Positions 36,863 through 46,548 of a stretch of DNA of 64,000 bases are shown here, in pieces (the stretch's first letter is position 1; each line of letters begins with the position of its first letter). The notes beneath the pieces are model-generated. The model saw only the letters and a program-made list of their open reading frames with translations. It was not told where the DNA came from and did not search any database. The position numbers and the translations under genes were made by a program. Source of the stretch: a virus; the IMG/VR virus record IMGVR_UViG_3300045988_159436; one strand, given 5' to 3'.

Positions 36863-39386
36863 TTGTTTCATCAAAGATTCTTTAAATTAACTATTGTCAA
36901 TAAAGAGAATGTTGATAGATTTTTTGAGGAATATGAACGAGCGAAACAAATTTTCTTTGACTTTGAAACTTCTGGATTAGATGTAAGATATAAGGGGAAA
37001 GATTATGCAGTAGGATTAACAGTAGCCTTTGAAGATAGTGTCAGTAAGGAAGTATACTATATTCCTTTCAGACACTATTTTGAAGGTAGCTATATTGGTT
37101 GTGGGAGACTCGATTACCGTAAAAACACTGCGGTTTTTGATGATGCTAAAAATTTTCCTGATTTTTTACCAGAAAAGTTTTCAGGAGAATATTATAATAT
37201 GGATATTGTTGATTTTATGGAACGATTGAAGCCTTTAATGGAAAATGGCGGGAAAGAGTATATAGCCCATCATATTTCATTTGACTTACATTTATTTGCA
37301 AATGAAGGTGTAGATATAGTAAAAGTGTTTGAAACAAATACTTTTACTGATACACAAATAGCTGTACATACTTTAGATGAAGAACAAGAGAAGAATTTAG
37401 AAGCAGTAACTGAAACAATTTTCTCTGTAAAAAAATCTCATTTTAAAGATACTATTATGACAGTTACTAAAGAGGAAAAGAAACTTTTGGGATTAGCTTC
37501 TAATAGTAATGCTAGTTTTCAACACGTTCAGATTCCAATAGGAGCACAATATTCAGCAGAAGATGTATATTTTATGAAAGAAATGTATGAGCCAATTCTT
37601 AATGCGTTAAGAGAAGATGGTGGTTACGAATATTTTAGAGAAGTACGAATGCCATATATGAAAGTTTTGTGGAAAATGGAACGTAATGGAATCAAAGTTG
37701 ACATAGAAAAACTTGAAGGTATGATAAAATTAGCAGAAGAAAAATTGGAAGAATTAACATACAAAATATATGAAGTAGTAGGAGCTAAATTTAATATTAA
37801 CAGTGGTCAACAGTTATTTGAGATATTATATGGTTTTAAAAAGAAATTAAAGGATAAGAAAACAGGGGAATATAAAGAGTCTTTTAATGAAGATTTAGTA
37901 GCATTAAATTTTGGTTTTAAGCCTATCGCATGGACAGAGGGCGGGAAATCAAGAGATATGGTATTAAGAACACCAAAAACAGATAAAGATGCGCTAAAGA
38001 AATTATTAAGACAAACTCCTAAAAGAGAAGATGGGCATAAATTAATTAAACTTCTACAAGATTATTTTAAATTAACAAAATTGTATACAGCATTTATGCT
38101 GGGTATAAAAGAAAAAATATATTGTGATGGAAAAGTACATCCAAGCTTCAACCAAAATGGTTGTCTTGTAGCAAACACTTTAATTCCTACAGATAGGGGA
38201 TTGTTCCGCATTCAGGATTTAGTAACAGATGCTTTAGTTGATGGTGAATTTGTTTCTAAAACCTATACGCTATTAAATCGAAATTTAGAACCTGAAAAGA
38301 CTTCCCATATAGTTAAATATGAGAATAGGAATACTATAAAAATTCGTACTGCTTTAGGGGTTACTATCGAAGGAACTGAAAATCACCCAATAATATGTAA
38401 TAAATATTCTTCAAAAGATTTATACCTTAATAGGAATAGTTGTCGTTTTAAAAATTTATATAAGAAAAAGGATGCTCAAATTTTCAAGCGTTTAGATGAG
38501 ATAAATACTGAAACTTATGTAGCAGTCCCTTATGGTTATAATTTTTTTGCTAAAGATTATCAGAAACTTGAATATGAATATGTTGCAATGCGTAGTGGAT
38601 TTAAGCAAGTTAAATTACCAGAAATTTTAGATGAAGATGTGGCAGAGTTTATGGGGATGTATTATGCAGATGGGTGTTTATCAGACACAAATGGTACTTT
38701 TACTATTTGCTTTACTAATGGAGATTCCTGTGTAATAAATCGTATACAAGAATTGTCTTTAAGACTTTTTGGAATAAAAGCACATGTTCGTGACTGTCAT
38801 CCTCATAGAAATTCTTTGGATATTAGAATTAGTGCTAAAAGACTTGCTAGTATTGAGAAAGCTTTTCAGCTTAAAAGAGGATGCACAAACAAAGTTATTC
38901 CTGATATTATTTTACAGTCCCCAAGAAGTGTTGTAATAGCTTTCATAAAAGGAATGACATTAGATAGTTATTTTGTAGAAGAATCTAATAAAAAACAGCT
39001 AAGATTTACTGTTTCAAATGAGCAAAGTCTTTTTCAACTTCAAACATTGCTATTGAATTTAGGTATTATTGGTGGGGCAAGACATCTCAATACTTATACT
39101 GGAAATGTTTATATGCTAACATTAACTAATGGAGAATATTTAAAGTTTAGAGATATCGTAGGATTTGTTCAAAAGAAAAAGTATAAAGATTTTGAGTATC
39201 AAAGAATTTCTGGTCAATATTTAGTAGATGAAGGTAATTCATTAATTTGGGTAAAGGTTAAAGAAATAGATAAAGGAAGGGCAGATGTTTATGACTTTAC
39301 TCTACCCGAAACACATAGTTTTATTTCAAATGGGTTTATTAGTCATAATACATCATCATTTAGGCTAAGTTGTTCTGACCCGAACT
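36863..39386 (+). CDS. polA: DNA polymerase I (family A) exon 1: 3'-5' exo plus N-terminal pol region, interrupted by intein
   Basis: Exo I FDFETSGLD; region ..SFNQNG[intein]TSSFRLSCSDPN aligns with Taq RFNQTATATGRLSSSDPN; the ORF stops right after DPN. Confidence 0.75.
38162..39349 (+). mobile_element. intein with LAGLIDADG homing endonuclease domain (in frame in polA)
   Basis: starts CLVANTLIPTDRG (block A), ends FISHN followed by Thr (+1); internal MGMYYADGCLSD and IAFIKGMTLDSYF LAGLIDADG-like motifs; 396 aa. Confidence 0.75.
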
Positions 39387-39652
39387 AAACAGATGGTTCG
39401 CTAGGCAAGAAATTCCTAGAAAAATTAACTGCTCTAACTCGGTGAAACTCCACCAATAAAAGGACAACACCGAACTAAGTTAGTTAGCGATAACTAAAAA
39501 GTGTAACGACTAGAGAAAGTAGGCTATATTAGTCGAAATCTCCACGAATGGGCAGAGCCTAAACCGAAAGGCATGGCTAAGATATAGTCTGAACTCCGTA
39601 CAATGGTAAAGACGGAGAAGCGGGGATAAAGAGCCCCGTGATAACATAATTG
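39387..39652 (+). ncRNA. group I intron 1 in polA (boundaries about +-5 nt)
   Basis: no ORF; S-element AAGAUAUAGUCU at 39579-39590; ends ..gataacataattG; the flanking exons restore ..SDPN|(F)QQLPKP.. Confidence 0.55.
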
Positions 39653-39987
39653 TTCAACAGCTTCCTAAGCCTTTAGAAGAGCCTAAAGATGGTGAAGATA
39701 GAAGTTACTATGATTTTTGGATACAATTTGAAATAAGAAGTTTAATGATAGCTGACAATGAAGACGAAGTAATTGTTGCGGCAGATTATCATGCTCTGGA
39801 AAAGTTTTTAACAGCGCATTTTTCAAAAGACCCATTGTTGATTAAAATGCTAAAAGAGAAACTTGACCCACATGGAACAGTAGCAACAATTATTTTTCCA
39901 GAATTAGCAGATGCAGACCCAAATTCAATTAAGAAGTTAGCACCACATAAAAGAAATGTGGCTAAGACTGTAGGTTTCGCTCAAATC
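39653..39987 (+). CDS. polA: DNA polymerase I exon 2 (motif A to motif B)
   Basis: VIVAADYHALEKFLTAHF (motif A DYSQIELR-like) ... KRNVAKTVGFAQ (motif B). Confidence 0.6.
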
Positions 39988-40185
39988 TAGGGTGAAGTAA
40001 AATCCCTCTCAAAACGGTGAAAGCCTAACAGGTTAATACCGTGCCGAACTCTGTGAAAACAGCGGTGTAGAGACTTATAATGTATCGGCTATGTTAAAAC
40101 ATAAATCAATCGAATACATTTAATGGGGGATAGGAGCAAGCTCCTAAAGGTATAGTCCGACACTCTTGGCAACAGGAGAAAACAG
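39988..40185 (+). ncRNA. group I intron 2 in polA (boundaries uncertain by about +-10 nt)
   Basis: R-like gtgtagagactta 40065-40077; S-element AAGGUAUAGUCCGAC 40147-40161 (compare Tetrahymena AAGAUAUAGUCGGAC); no ORF. Confidence 0.5.
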
Positions 40186-40549
40186 AATGGTAGATTATGG
40201 CGGTTCAAAAATAGCGGTAGCAAGAAATCTAGAGATAGATGAAAAGACCGCACAAGAATATATAGATAGATATTTTGAAGGTTTTGCAGGGTTAAGAAAA
40301 TACGATAGAGATTTAATTCAATTTGCTAGAAAGAATGGTTATATAGAAACATTATTTTCTGGGCATAAACGTCACTTGTGGGGGATAAATTCCCAAGATG
40401 GCAGAACACGTTCATATTATGAGCGGCTAGCAGTTAATTCAAAATCACAAGGGGCGGCGGCAGATTGCACAACATTAGCACAGATAGATGTGGATAATGA
40501 TGTAGTATTAAAATCTATTGGTGCAAGACAAATACTTAATGTACACGAT
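40186..40549 (+). CDS. polA: DNA polymerase I exon 3 (motif B tail to motif C)
   Basis: DYGGSKIAVARNLEIDEKTAQEYIDRYF aligns with YGMSAHRLSQELAIPYEEAQAFIERYF; ends ..ILNVHD. Confidence 0.6.
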
Positions 40550-40866
40550 AAACTTTAGTCAAATAACTTGTCGTGTTTAAACTCTTCGATATGCTGGAAC
40601 GCAAAAATACAGTATTACCAAAGAGTGACAATATACTGTATATCACGAAAGTGTGTAGCCAATCAGCAGGGAGGAAATGAGAGCATTTCACCCTCACAGA
40701 CTAACAAAAGCATAGAATAGTAGGAACTGCACATTACTACTATTTGAGAAGTGAGTAGAGTACGGCTTTGTTGAGATACAAAGTGGGTTGACATCCTTAA
40801 ATGGAAGCGGGGAGGCATAGTGCAGATGTATGATATAGTCGAGTGTGTTTTTAAGCATACGTTATG
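40550..40866 (+). ncRNA. group I intron 3 in polA
   Basis: Q AAUCAGCAGG exact at 40661-40670; R UCACAGACUAAC 40694-40705; S GAUAUAGUCG 40832-40841; 5' splice after U40549, omega-G 40866; the junction gives NVHD|EIVMVCPKK matching QVHDELVLEAPKE. Confidence 0.65.
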
Positions 40867-41022
40867 GAGATAGTCATGGTTTGTCCTAAAAAGTTTGCAG
40901 AATTATGCAAGCAGAGATTAACTTTTCATATGGAAAATTGTTTACCAAGCAGGGGTATAAATTTAACAATTCCATTAGAAGCCGTAGGAGATATAGGTAG
41001 AACTTATAGTGAAGCAAAATAA
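40867..41022 (+). CDS. polA: DNA polymerase I exon 4 (C-terminal 51 aa)
   Basis: EIVMVCPKKFAELCKQ...TIPLEAVGDIGRTYSEAK matches the Pol I C-terminus ..VPLEVEVGIGxxWxxAK. Confidence 0.6.
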   Translation, partial: EIVMVCPKKFAELCKQRLTFHMENCLPSRGINLTIPLEAVGDIGRTYSEAK

Positions 41023-41025
41023 TGC

Positions 41026-41054
41026 TTGACAAAAATAAGATTATGTGGTATAAT
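41026..41054 (+). promoter_or_regulatory. consensus promoter overlapping the polA 3' end
   Basis: TTGACA-17-TGgTATAAT. Confidence 0.55.
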
Positions 41055-41069
41055 AAGGAGGTAAAGAAT

Positions 41070-41444
41070 ATGACAATTAAAGTAGGTGGACAGATGGCAG
41101 ATGATTTAGTTTACCGAGGAGATGCTTCTTCTTCTAAAACATCTTCTGGTGAATATGAAGAAGTTTTAAAACTTTTAGAAGCTCAGGTAGGAATGCTTGA
41201 AGACATAAATAATCGTTTACAAAAGTGTGTTGTTGGGGAGACCATTTCAGTTGAAAGTGTAGCCCCAGAAGGGTTAGTACCAAATGTTCTTGGTATACGT
41301 TTAAGTAGATTAGAGGATAAGTTAGAAGTTATTATTAGAGATTATTCTGATTGTGTTGATGTAATTGAAGAGAAATTAGGCAAGATGACATTACAGGGGG
41401 GATACTTTGCCAGATTTAAAGCAGTTAGTAAAGACTATAAATAA
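41070..41444 (+). CDS. hypothetical protein
   Basis: ATG after aaggagg RBS (the track start 41022 overlaps the promoter). Confidence 0.45.
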   Translation: MTIKVGGQMADDLVYRGDASSSKTSSGEYEEVLKLLEAQVGMLEDINNRLQKCVVGETISVESVAPEGLVPNVLGIRLSRLEDKLEVIIRDYSDCVDVIEEKLGKMTLQGGYFARFKAVSKDYK

Positions 41445-42498
41445 AGCGCATGGTAAGAACGCTATACGTTTAGGGGCAACTATTAAAGAGCAGATGTCCT
41501 ATAAGATTTCAACAGGTAGTGTGGCTTTAGATTATGTAATTGGTGGTGGAATACCTTCTGGAAGATTAATAACTATTGCAGGAGCTTATTCTACTGGTAA
41601 ATCATTATTAGCTTATAAGATGATTGCTAATGTTCAAAAAATGAAAAAGAAACTTGTTACAGTTGATGGCGAAGATATAGAAATTGTAGCAGAAGATGGT
41701 GATATTCCTTTAACTTGTGCTTTGATACAAACGGAACAAGGTAGTCTTACAAAAGAATGGGCAATAGAAAACGGCATAGATTTAGAGTCACTTTTATTTT
41801 GCCAACCTGATGGAATGGAAGAAGCTTTAGATATAGCTATAGCCTTGCAGAGAGCAGGAGTAGAATTGATTGTTATTGATTCTTATGCCGCTTTACTACC
41901 TACTAAAGTATTAACTTCTGACTTTGATGAAAGCTATCAAATGGGAATCAAGCCTAAAATGTTAGGTGAGTATCATGGTAAATTTCAGTTGTTTAATAAT
42001 GCATTAGAGCGAGAAGGAAAACTTCCTTCTACGGTTGTTGCAATTAATCAGTTGAGAGAGAAAATTGGCGTGATGTATGGAAGTCCAGAGTATACAACAG
42101 GTGGTAGAAGCACTGGATTTACAAATACTTTAGAGATTAGATTACGTATGGGTGATACTATTGCAGTAGGTAGTGGAGAAACAAAAAGAATTGTAGGTAA
42201 GACAATCAAATTTAGAATCGAGAAAAATAAAGCTGGCGTTCCTTATGGAACAGGTGAGTATGATATTTATACAGACACTTGTGATTATATTCAAAGAGGG
42301 GATATTGATAACGAAAAAGCATTAATTATGATTGCAGTATTGTTAGGAATAGTTGAGCGCAGAGGTGGCTGGTATTACTATAATGGTGAGCAGTTATCAC
42401 AGGGGCAAGATAATTTAATTAAATTATTGCGTTCTAACAGAGCTTTATTTGAAGAGATAAGGGAAAAGGTGTTAACATCAGATGAGCATATACAATAG
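41407..42498 (+). CDS. RecA-family recombinase (UvsX/Sak4-like)
   Basis: Walker A GAYSTGKS; ELIVIDSYAALLP Walker B region; RecA-like N-terminal AHGKNAIRLG. Confidence 0.6.
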   Translation: MPDLKQLVKTINKAHGKNAIRLGATIKEQMSYKISTGSVALDYVIGGGIPSGRLITIAGAYSTGKSLLAYKMIANVQKMKKKLVTVDGEDIEIVAEDGDIPLTCALIQTEQGSLTKEWAIENGIDLESLLFCQPDGMEEALDIAIALQRAGVELIVIDSYAALLPTKVLTSDFDESYQMGIKPKMLGEYHGKFQLFNNALEREGKLPSTVVAINQLREKIGVMYGSPEYTTGGRSTGFTNTLEIRLRMGDTIAVGSGETKRIVGKTIKFRIEKNKAGVPYGTGEYDIYTDTCDYIQRGDIDNEKALIMIAVLLGIVERRGGWYYYNGEQLSQGQDNLIKLLRSNRALFEEIREKVLTSDEHIQ

Positions 42499-42682
42499 AG
42501 GCTATAACTCTTTTTTATATGATATTCTGGTAAGGCGAGGGTATTATACAGCTTCTTGTCATAATTGTTGGTTTTATGACAGAGGCTGTATTAATACAGA
42601 TGTTACAGAGTATGATTTAATTAAGGGTGAAGAAACATATTGTATCTTTTGGAAGCCACCACCAGTACAAGGGAATAGGTGA
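42482..42682 (+). CDS. hypothetical Cys-containing protein
   Basis: ORF. Confidence 0.3.
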   Translation: MSIYNRGYNSFLYDILVRRGYYTASCHNCWFYDRGCINTDVTEYDLIKGEETYCIFWKPPPVQGNR

Positions 42683-43215
42683 TAAAAAGCATGGTGAGAA
42701 AAGGAACAACAAAGTACAAAAGTAACAAACAAGAAAAAGATGTAGCAAAAATATTAGGTGGAAAAACAGTAATGGCTAGTGGCTCTTTATGGCAAGCTAA
42801 GGGTGATGTAAGAACATCAAGATACTTAGTTGAGTGTAAGACTACTGATAAAGATTTCTATAAGCTGGAACAAAAGATTTTAGCTAAAATTGCAAAGGAA
42901 GCTATAAAGGACGGACTAAGAAGCCCTCTATTAGTTTTTGATTGCAAGAATGAGAGATTTGTAGTCTTTAGAGTAAAGGACTGTTCGTTAAAAGCCTCTT
43001 TAATCTTTAAATTATTTAAAGTAAAGGTTATTGATACTTTAGTAAAAGGTAGAAGTATAGCTTTAGACTATAAAGAAGATTTAAAGAGTTTAAATAAAAA
43101 TGAGAATGCTATAGGATTTAGTGTTCATAACTATAGATTAGTTCCTGAAACTTGGTTTTTAGTTTCAGAAGAAGTATTCTTAAAAAATGAAAGAGTATTA
43201 TACGAGGTTATGTAA
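42679..43215 (+). CDS. PD-(D/E)xK nuclease, Hjc-type Holliday junction resolvase-like
   Basis: E..VAKILGG...SGS...KGDV..(8)..LVECKTT pattern. Confidence 0.4.
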   Translation: MIKSMVRKGTTKYKSNKQEKDVAKILGGKTVMASGSLWQAKGDVRTSRYLVECKTTDKDFYKLEQKILAKIAKEAIKDGLRSPLLVFDCKNERFVVFRVKDCSLKASLIFKLFKVKVIDTLVKGRSIALDYKEDLKSLNKNENAIGFSVHNYRLVPETWFLVSEEVFLKNERVLYEVM

Positions 43216-44081
43216 TGAAGCGGTTAAAAGTAAGAGGTTCAGCTACTAGCCTGTTTTCTATTATGAAGGGGTCAAATTGCCCTTTAACAACAGCAATAGA
43301 CTCTTATTTATTAACTGAAAAAGATGATGAAGGAAGAAAACATGGCTTTAATAGTCCTAGTGGGATAAAAGATTGTGTAAGGTCTCTTTATTATGTTAGA
43401 AAGTCTTATGATTGCACAAATGTAATTAAGCCAAGAACAAAACGAGTGTTTCATAATGGCAAAGATGTTCACACTAGGATACAGAATTGTTTAGTAAGGT
43501 CTGGGTTATTGTTGCAAGAAGAACCACCAGTATTTAATGTAGAGCTACAAATATTAGGAAATGCAGATGGATTGGCTTTGATTAATGGACGTTTAGGTGT
43601 ATTAGAAATAAAGTCAATTAATCATTGTGAATATGTAGGGTTAATAGAGCCAAAACCAGAGCATATAAGACAGGCTTCAATTTATATGTATTGTTTTGAG
43701 ACGATAAGGCAAGCAATGCAGAGCGAGGATTTTTGTGGAGAAGAACTTGCTAATAAATATTACTTATCTTTAGATAAATCTTTAAAAGTAAAAGAGCGGA
43801 AGAGCAGGAAACAGGGATTTTTAAGAATGTTAGGTCTTATAGAAGACTACAAAGACACTCCAATAGATAGTATTGATTTTTTGTACGAGAATAAAAACAC
43901 ACAAGAGATTAAAGAATTTATTGTTTATTGGGATGAAAATATCATGCAAGAGATAAAAAATAAATACACATTTTTGAATGAGTGTGTAGCAAAAAACAAA
44001 ATACCTGATAGACCAGAAGGTAGTACCAAAAGCGGTAGTTGTAAAAACTGTAAATATAAAGGAGTGTGTTATAGTGAATAA
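43215..44081 (+). CDS. RecB-family/Cas4-like exonuclease with Fe-S Cys cluster
   Basis: ADGLAL..GVLEIKS (D..ExK) plus N-terminal Cys and C-terminal CKNCKYKGVC. Confidence 0.5.
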   Translation: MKRLKVRGSATSLFSIMKGSNCPLTTAIDSYLLTEKDDEGRKHGFNSPSGIKDCVRSLYYVRKSYDCTNVIKPRTKRVFHNGKDVHTRIQNCLVRSGLLLQEEPPVFNVELQILGNADGLALINGRLGVLEIKSINHCEYVGLIEPKPEHIRQASIYMYCFETIRQAMQSEDFCGEELANKYYLSLDKSLKVKERKSRKQGFLRMLGLIEDYKDTPIDSIDFLYENKNTQEIKEFIVYWDENIMQEIKNKYTFLNECVAKNKIPDRPEGSTKSGSCKNCKYKGVCYSE

Positions 44082-44313
44082 AATTCTTTCTAAGGTATTT
44101 TATGGATTAGGCATGTTATTAGGGGTAATAGTAATGTCTATTGTTTGTGTGGCTTTCAGTTTTTGTTTCTGTGTAGTGCCTTATTTAATATATACTTTTT
44201 TGCCAGTAACACTTAGTCCAGTTTTAATTTGGCTATTTGGCGCAATTTATTTAGTTACTGCTTTTTTATGCCTTTATAACTTTATGGTTCGGGGCAAAGC
44301 TTTTAACTTATGA
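44074..44313 (+). CDS. membrane protein
   Basis: two hydrophobic segments. Confidence 0.35.
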   Translation: MNKILSKVFYGLGMLLGVIVMSIVCVAFSFCFCVVPYLIYTFLPVTLSPVLIWLFGAIYLVTAFLCLYNFMVRGKAFNL

Positions 44314-44861
44314 AAGTATGGCAAATATTTAAAGAGTATGCTTGGATATTATGCATTTTTTTAAGTGTAGCGTGTTTTTATTTTTATAACAAACCGCCAG
44401 AGATTATTTATAAATCAGCAGTAAATATTGATAATGGCGAATTAACAGTTGAGGATATAAAACGTCCTCAAATTACATTAGATTCAAGTATTAAGGAACA
44501 AGCGAAAGTTCAAGTAATAGAAAAAAAAGATGAAACAGAAGCGGATTTAAATATAAAAGATAATTATAAATTTAAAGCTAATATAAATGGTAAAGAGATT
44601 GAAATTGTTCCTGATACTAAAGAAAATTTTGAGTTTAAAAAAGATGCTGTTAATATAGATAGAGATATAGAGATAGAATATAAAATTAAGACAACAACAT
44701 TACAGCCTAATTTTGGTTTAGGATTGGGAATTGATTTTAATGGGAATCCAGCAATGAGTGCAAACGTGAAGCTTAAAAAAGCACCAGTATACTTTTGGGG
44801 AGCATCAAACTTCAAAGATTCGCATATGATAGGAGTAGGTATTTATGGTGACTTTAATTGA
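44310..44861 (+). CDS. hypothetical protein (N-terminal TM)
   Basis: ORF. Confidence 0.4.
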   Translation: MKVWQIFKEYAWILCIFLSVACFYFYNKPPEIIYKSAVNIDNGELTVEDIKRPQITLDSSIKEQAKVQVIEKKDETEADLNIKDNYKFKANINGKEIEIVPDTKENFEFKKDAVNIDRDIEIEYKIKTTTLQPNFGLGLGIDFNGNPAMSANVKLKKAPVYFWGASNFKDSHMIGVGIYGDFN

Positions 44862-45327
44862 CAAGATTGAAAATCAACTTTCACAAGAAGGTGTACCCCC
44901 TTTCTCCAATGAGAATATTGAAAGAGACTATTTAAAATTGCCAAGATATTTAGATGAGTTACCTGCCGCTGAAATAGGAAGGTATCTTCATGCTACAGTA
45001 CAGCAAAGGGTATATGTAAGAACGCTTATATCTCAAACAAGAGCGTATTTAAGGGAAGCACAGAGTCAGTTAAATATGGAAAAAGCTTTAATTTATAAAA
45101 GTTTTCCAGTAAAAATGAGTCTTACAGAAAAAGAATTAAAACTTGCAGAATATCCTTCCGCTAAAGAGGCAATGGAAAGGGTGATATATTTGCAAGAAAG
45201 ACTTGATTATTTAAAAGATGTATTAGATAGCTTAGAAGATTTAAAATTTAATATTAGTAGAGAGTTGTCTAGACGTGGAGTAGACTTTACAGATGCCAAC
45301 AGAAGTGCTAGGGTTGGTGTAGAGTGA
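44845..45327 (+). CDS. hypothetical protein
   Basis: ORF. Confidence 0.4.
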   Translation: MVTLIDKIENQLSQEGVPPFSNENIERDYLKLPRYLDELPAAEIGRYLHATVQQRVYVRTLISQTRAYLREAQSQLNMEKALIYKSFPVKMSLTEKELKLAEYPSAKEAMERVIYLQERLDYLKDVLDSLEDLKFNISRELSRRGVDFTDANRSARVGVE

Positions 45328-45854
45328 AGCAAGTAGATGTTCTTAAAGAACGGTTAGAACTTTTAAAAAGATATGAACCTGATTCGAAAGAAATAGTAGA
45401 GTTAGAAAATCGGATTAAATTAAGCAAAAAAGCTAAATCCAGTAGGAGAAAAGGGGCATCTTATGAATCAAAGGTAAGGAAGCTTTTGGGCGAAAGATTT
45501 CCTGATTTAGATTTTTCAAGAGTTCCTTCCAGTGGTGGATTTCAAAAATCCTCAGCCAATACTTTGTTAAGAGGGGACTTAGTTAATCTAAATGAAGATT
45601 ATGATTTCAAATTACATTTAGAACTAAAAAATCAAAATAGATGGCAAGTTAATACATGGTTTGAGCAAGCTGAAAGCGATTGTATTGAAGGTAAATTACC
45701 TATAGTTATTATGCATAGAACGCAGAAAAATGAAAATGGCAAGCGAATAGCAGAAGCAGATGATTTTGTATTTTTACGTTTAAAAGATTTTTTAGATATT
45801 TTAGATGATGGAAAAATAATCAAAAAATGTCTTGACAAAAAGACAAAAATGTGA
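45324..45854 (+). CDS. PD-(D/E)xK nuclease, Hjc-type resolvase-like
   Basis: KGASYESKVRKLLGERF (Hjc N-motif KGSxxERxLVxxLxxxGF) ... GDLV ... LELKNQ. Confidence 0.45.
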   Translation: MKQVDVLKERLELLKRYEPDSKEIVELENRIKLSKKAKSSRRKGASYESKVRKLLGERFPDLDFSRVPSSGGFQKSSANTLLRGDLVNLNEDYDFKLHLELKNQNRWQVNTWFEQAESDCIEGKLPIVIMHRTQKNENGKRIAEADDFVFLRLKDFLDILDDGKIIKKCLDKKTKM

Positions 45855-45860
45855 TATAAT
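45832..45860 (+). promoter_or_regulatory. consensus promoter
   Basis: TTGACA-17-TATAAT. Confidence 0.6.
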
Positions 45861-45921
45861 AACATTTGTAATAATTTTAAAAAAGCCTATAAAGGGCTAT
45901 AAAAGGAAAGAGGAAGATAGA

Positions 45922-46053
45922 ATGGAAAAAACAGCTTTATTTAAAGTTTCTTCAACAAGTAATGCAAAAAGTGTAGCAGGCTCAATCAGCCACACATTGA
46001 AAGGTGACGGAGATACAGCACCAAAAGATGTAGTATTGCAAGCAATCGGAGCT
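45922..46053 (+). CDS. SpoVS-like protein exon 1
   Basis: ATG after aaaggaaagaggaag; MEKTALFKVSSTSNAKSVAGSISHTL...VVLQAIGA resembles the SpoVS N-terminal half; the continuous ORF would stop at 46062. Confidence 0.5.
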
Positions 46054-46329
46054 AAAGGCTAATTGGCTCCCATCACAGTGATGTGATGAAAAATAGCGGG
46101 GAAGAAAACTGGAAAGCTGAGAAGCTAATCAGATTGGAAGGTTTAGTTTAAAAGCTAAACCACAAGCAGAGCATAGACAGTGAACCTCTTAGAGAATATA
46201 ATCTGTCCACGAGTCCCCGCCGCTTATAACGAGGTTATTCGAGCGTTATAAGATGAAAAGATATGCCGAACTAACAGGAAACGAACTGTTAGAAGTAGAG
46301 GATAAAAAGCCTTTACGATAACATAATTG
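46054..46329 (+). ncRNA. intron in SpoVS-like gene (probable group I; class unverified)
   Basis: no ORF; 3' end cgataacataattG is identical over 13 nt to the polA intron 1 3' end; Q-like aatcagattgg; the exon junction restores QAIGA|SAINQTCKAIAISRG. Confidence 0.45.
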
Positions 46330-46482
46330 AGTGCCATTAATCAAACATGTAAAGCTATTGCTATTTCAAGAGGGCATTTAGCTGTGGCAGGATACGATGT
46401 AGTTACTAGAATTGGATTTGACGTTGTTGAAATTGATGGTGAAGAACGTACAATTTTGAAATTCTTCGTATCATTGAGATAA
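46330..46482 (+). CDS. SpoVS-like protein exon 2
   Basis: SAINQTCKAIAISRGHLAVAGYDVVTRIGFDVVEIDGEERTILKFFVSLR matches the SpoVS C-terminal half. Confidence 0.5.
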   Translation, partial: SAINQTCKAIAISRGHLAVAGYDVVTRIGFDVVEIDGEERTILKFFVSLR

Positions 46483-46548
46483 CTCTGACTAGAGTATAAC
46501 AGTCATAGCCCACCTAAATGGTGGGCTTTTATTTTAAGGAGGCATACT

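Noticed and set aside
29637-37229. Alternative-frame or antisense ORFs 29637-29822, 31233-31517, 32374-32574, 33452-33796, 34274-34510, 34718-34972 and 37029-37229
   Set aside because: They are embedded in the helicase, DnaC-like, DnaB-like, primase and polymerase coding regions. Those genes have clear motifs in the main frame.
39389-40165. Treating the ORF-less gaps inside polA as intergenic regions, with polA fragments as pseudogenes
   Set aside because: Each gap carries group I core motifs, and the exon frames rejoin with conserved Pol I motifs. Splicing explains this better than decay, but it remains unproven without RNA data.
17448-45860. Track start codons at 17448, 17636, 41022 and 45832 that overlap TTGACA/TATAAT promoter hexamers
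   Set aside because: The ORF extensions run through the promoters. RBS-supported downstream starts (17502, 17696, 41070, 45922) are used instead.
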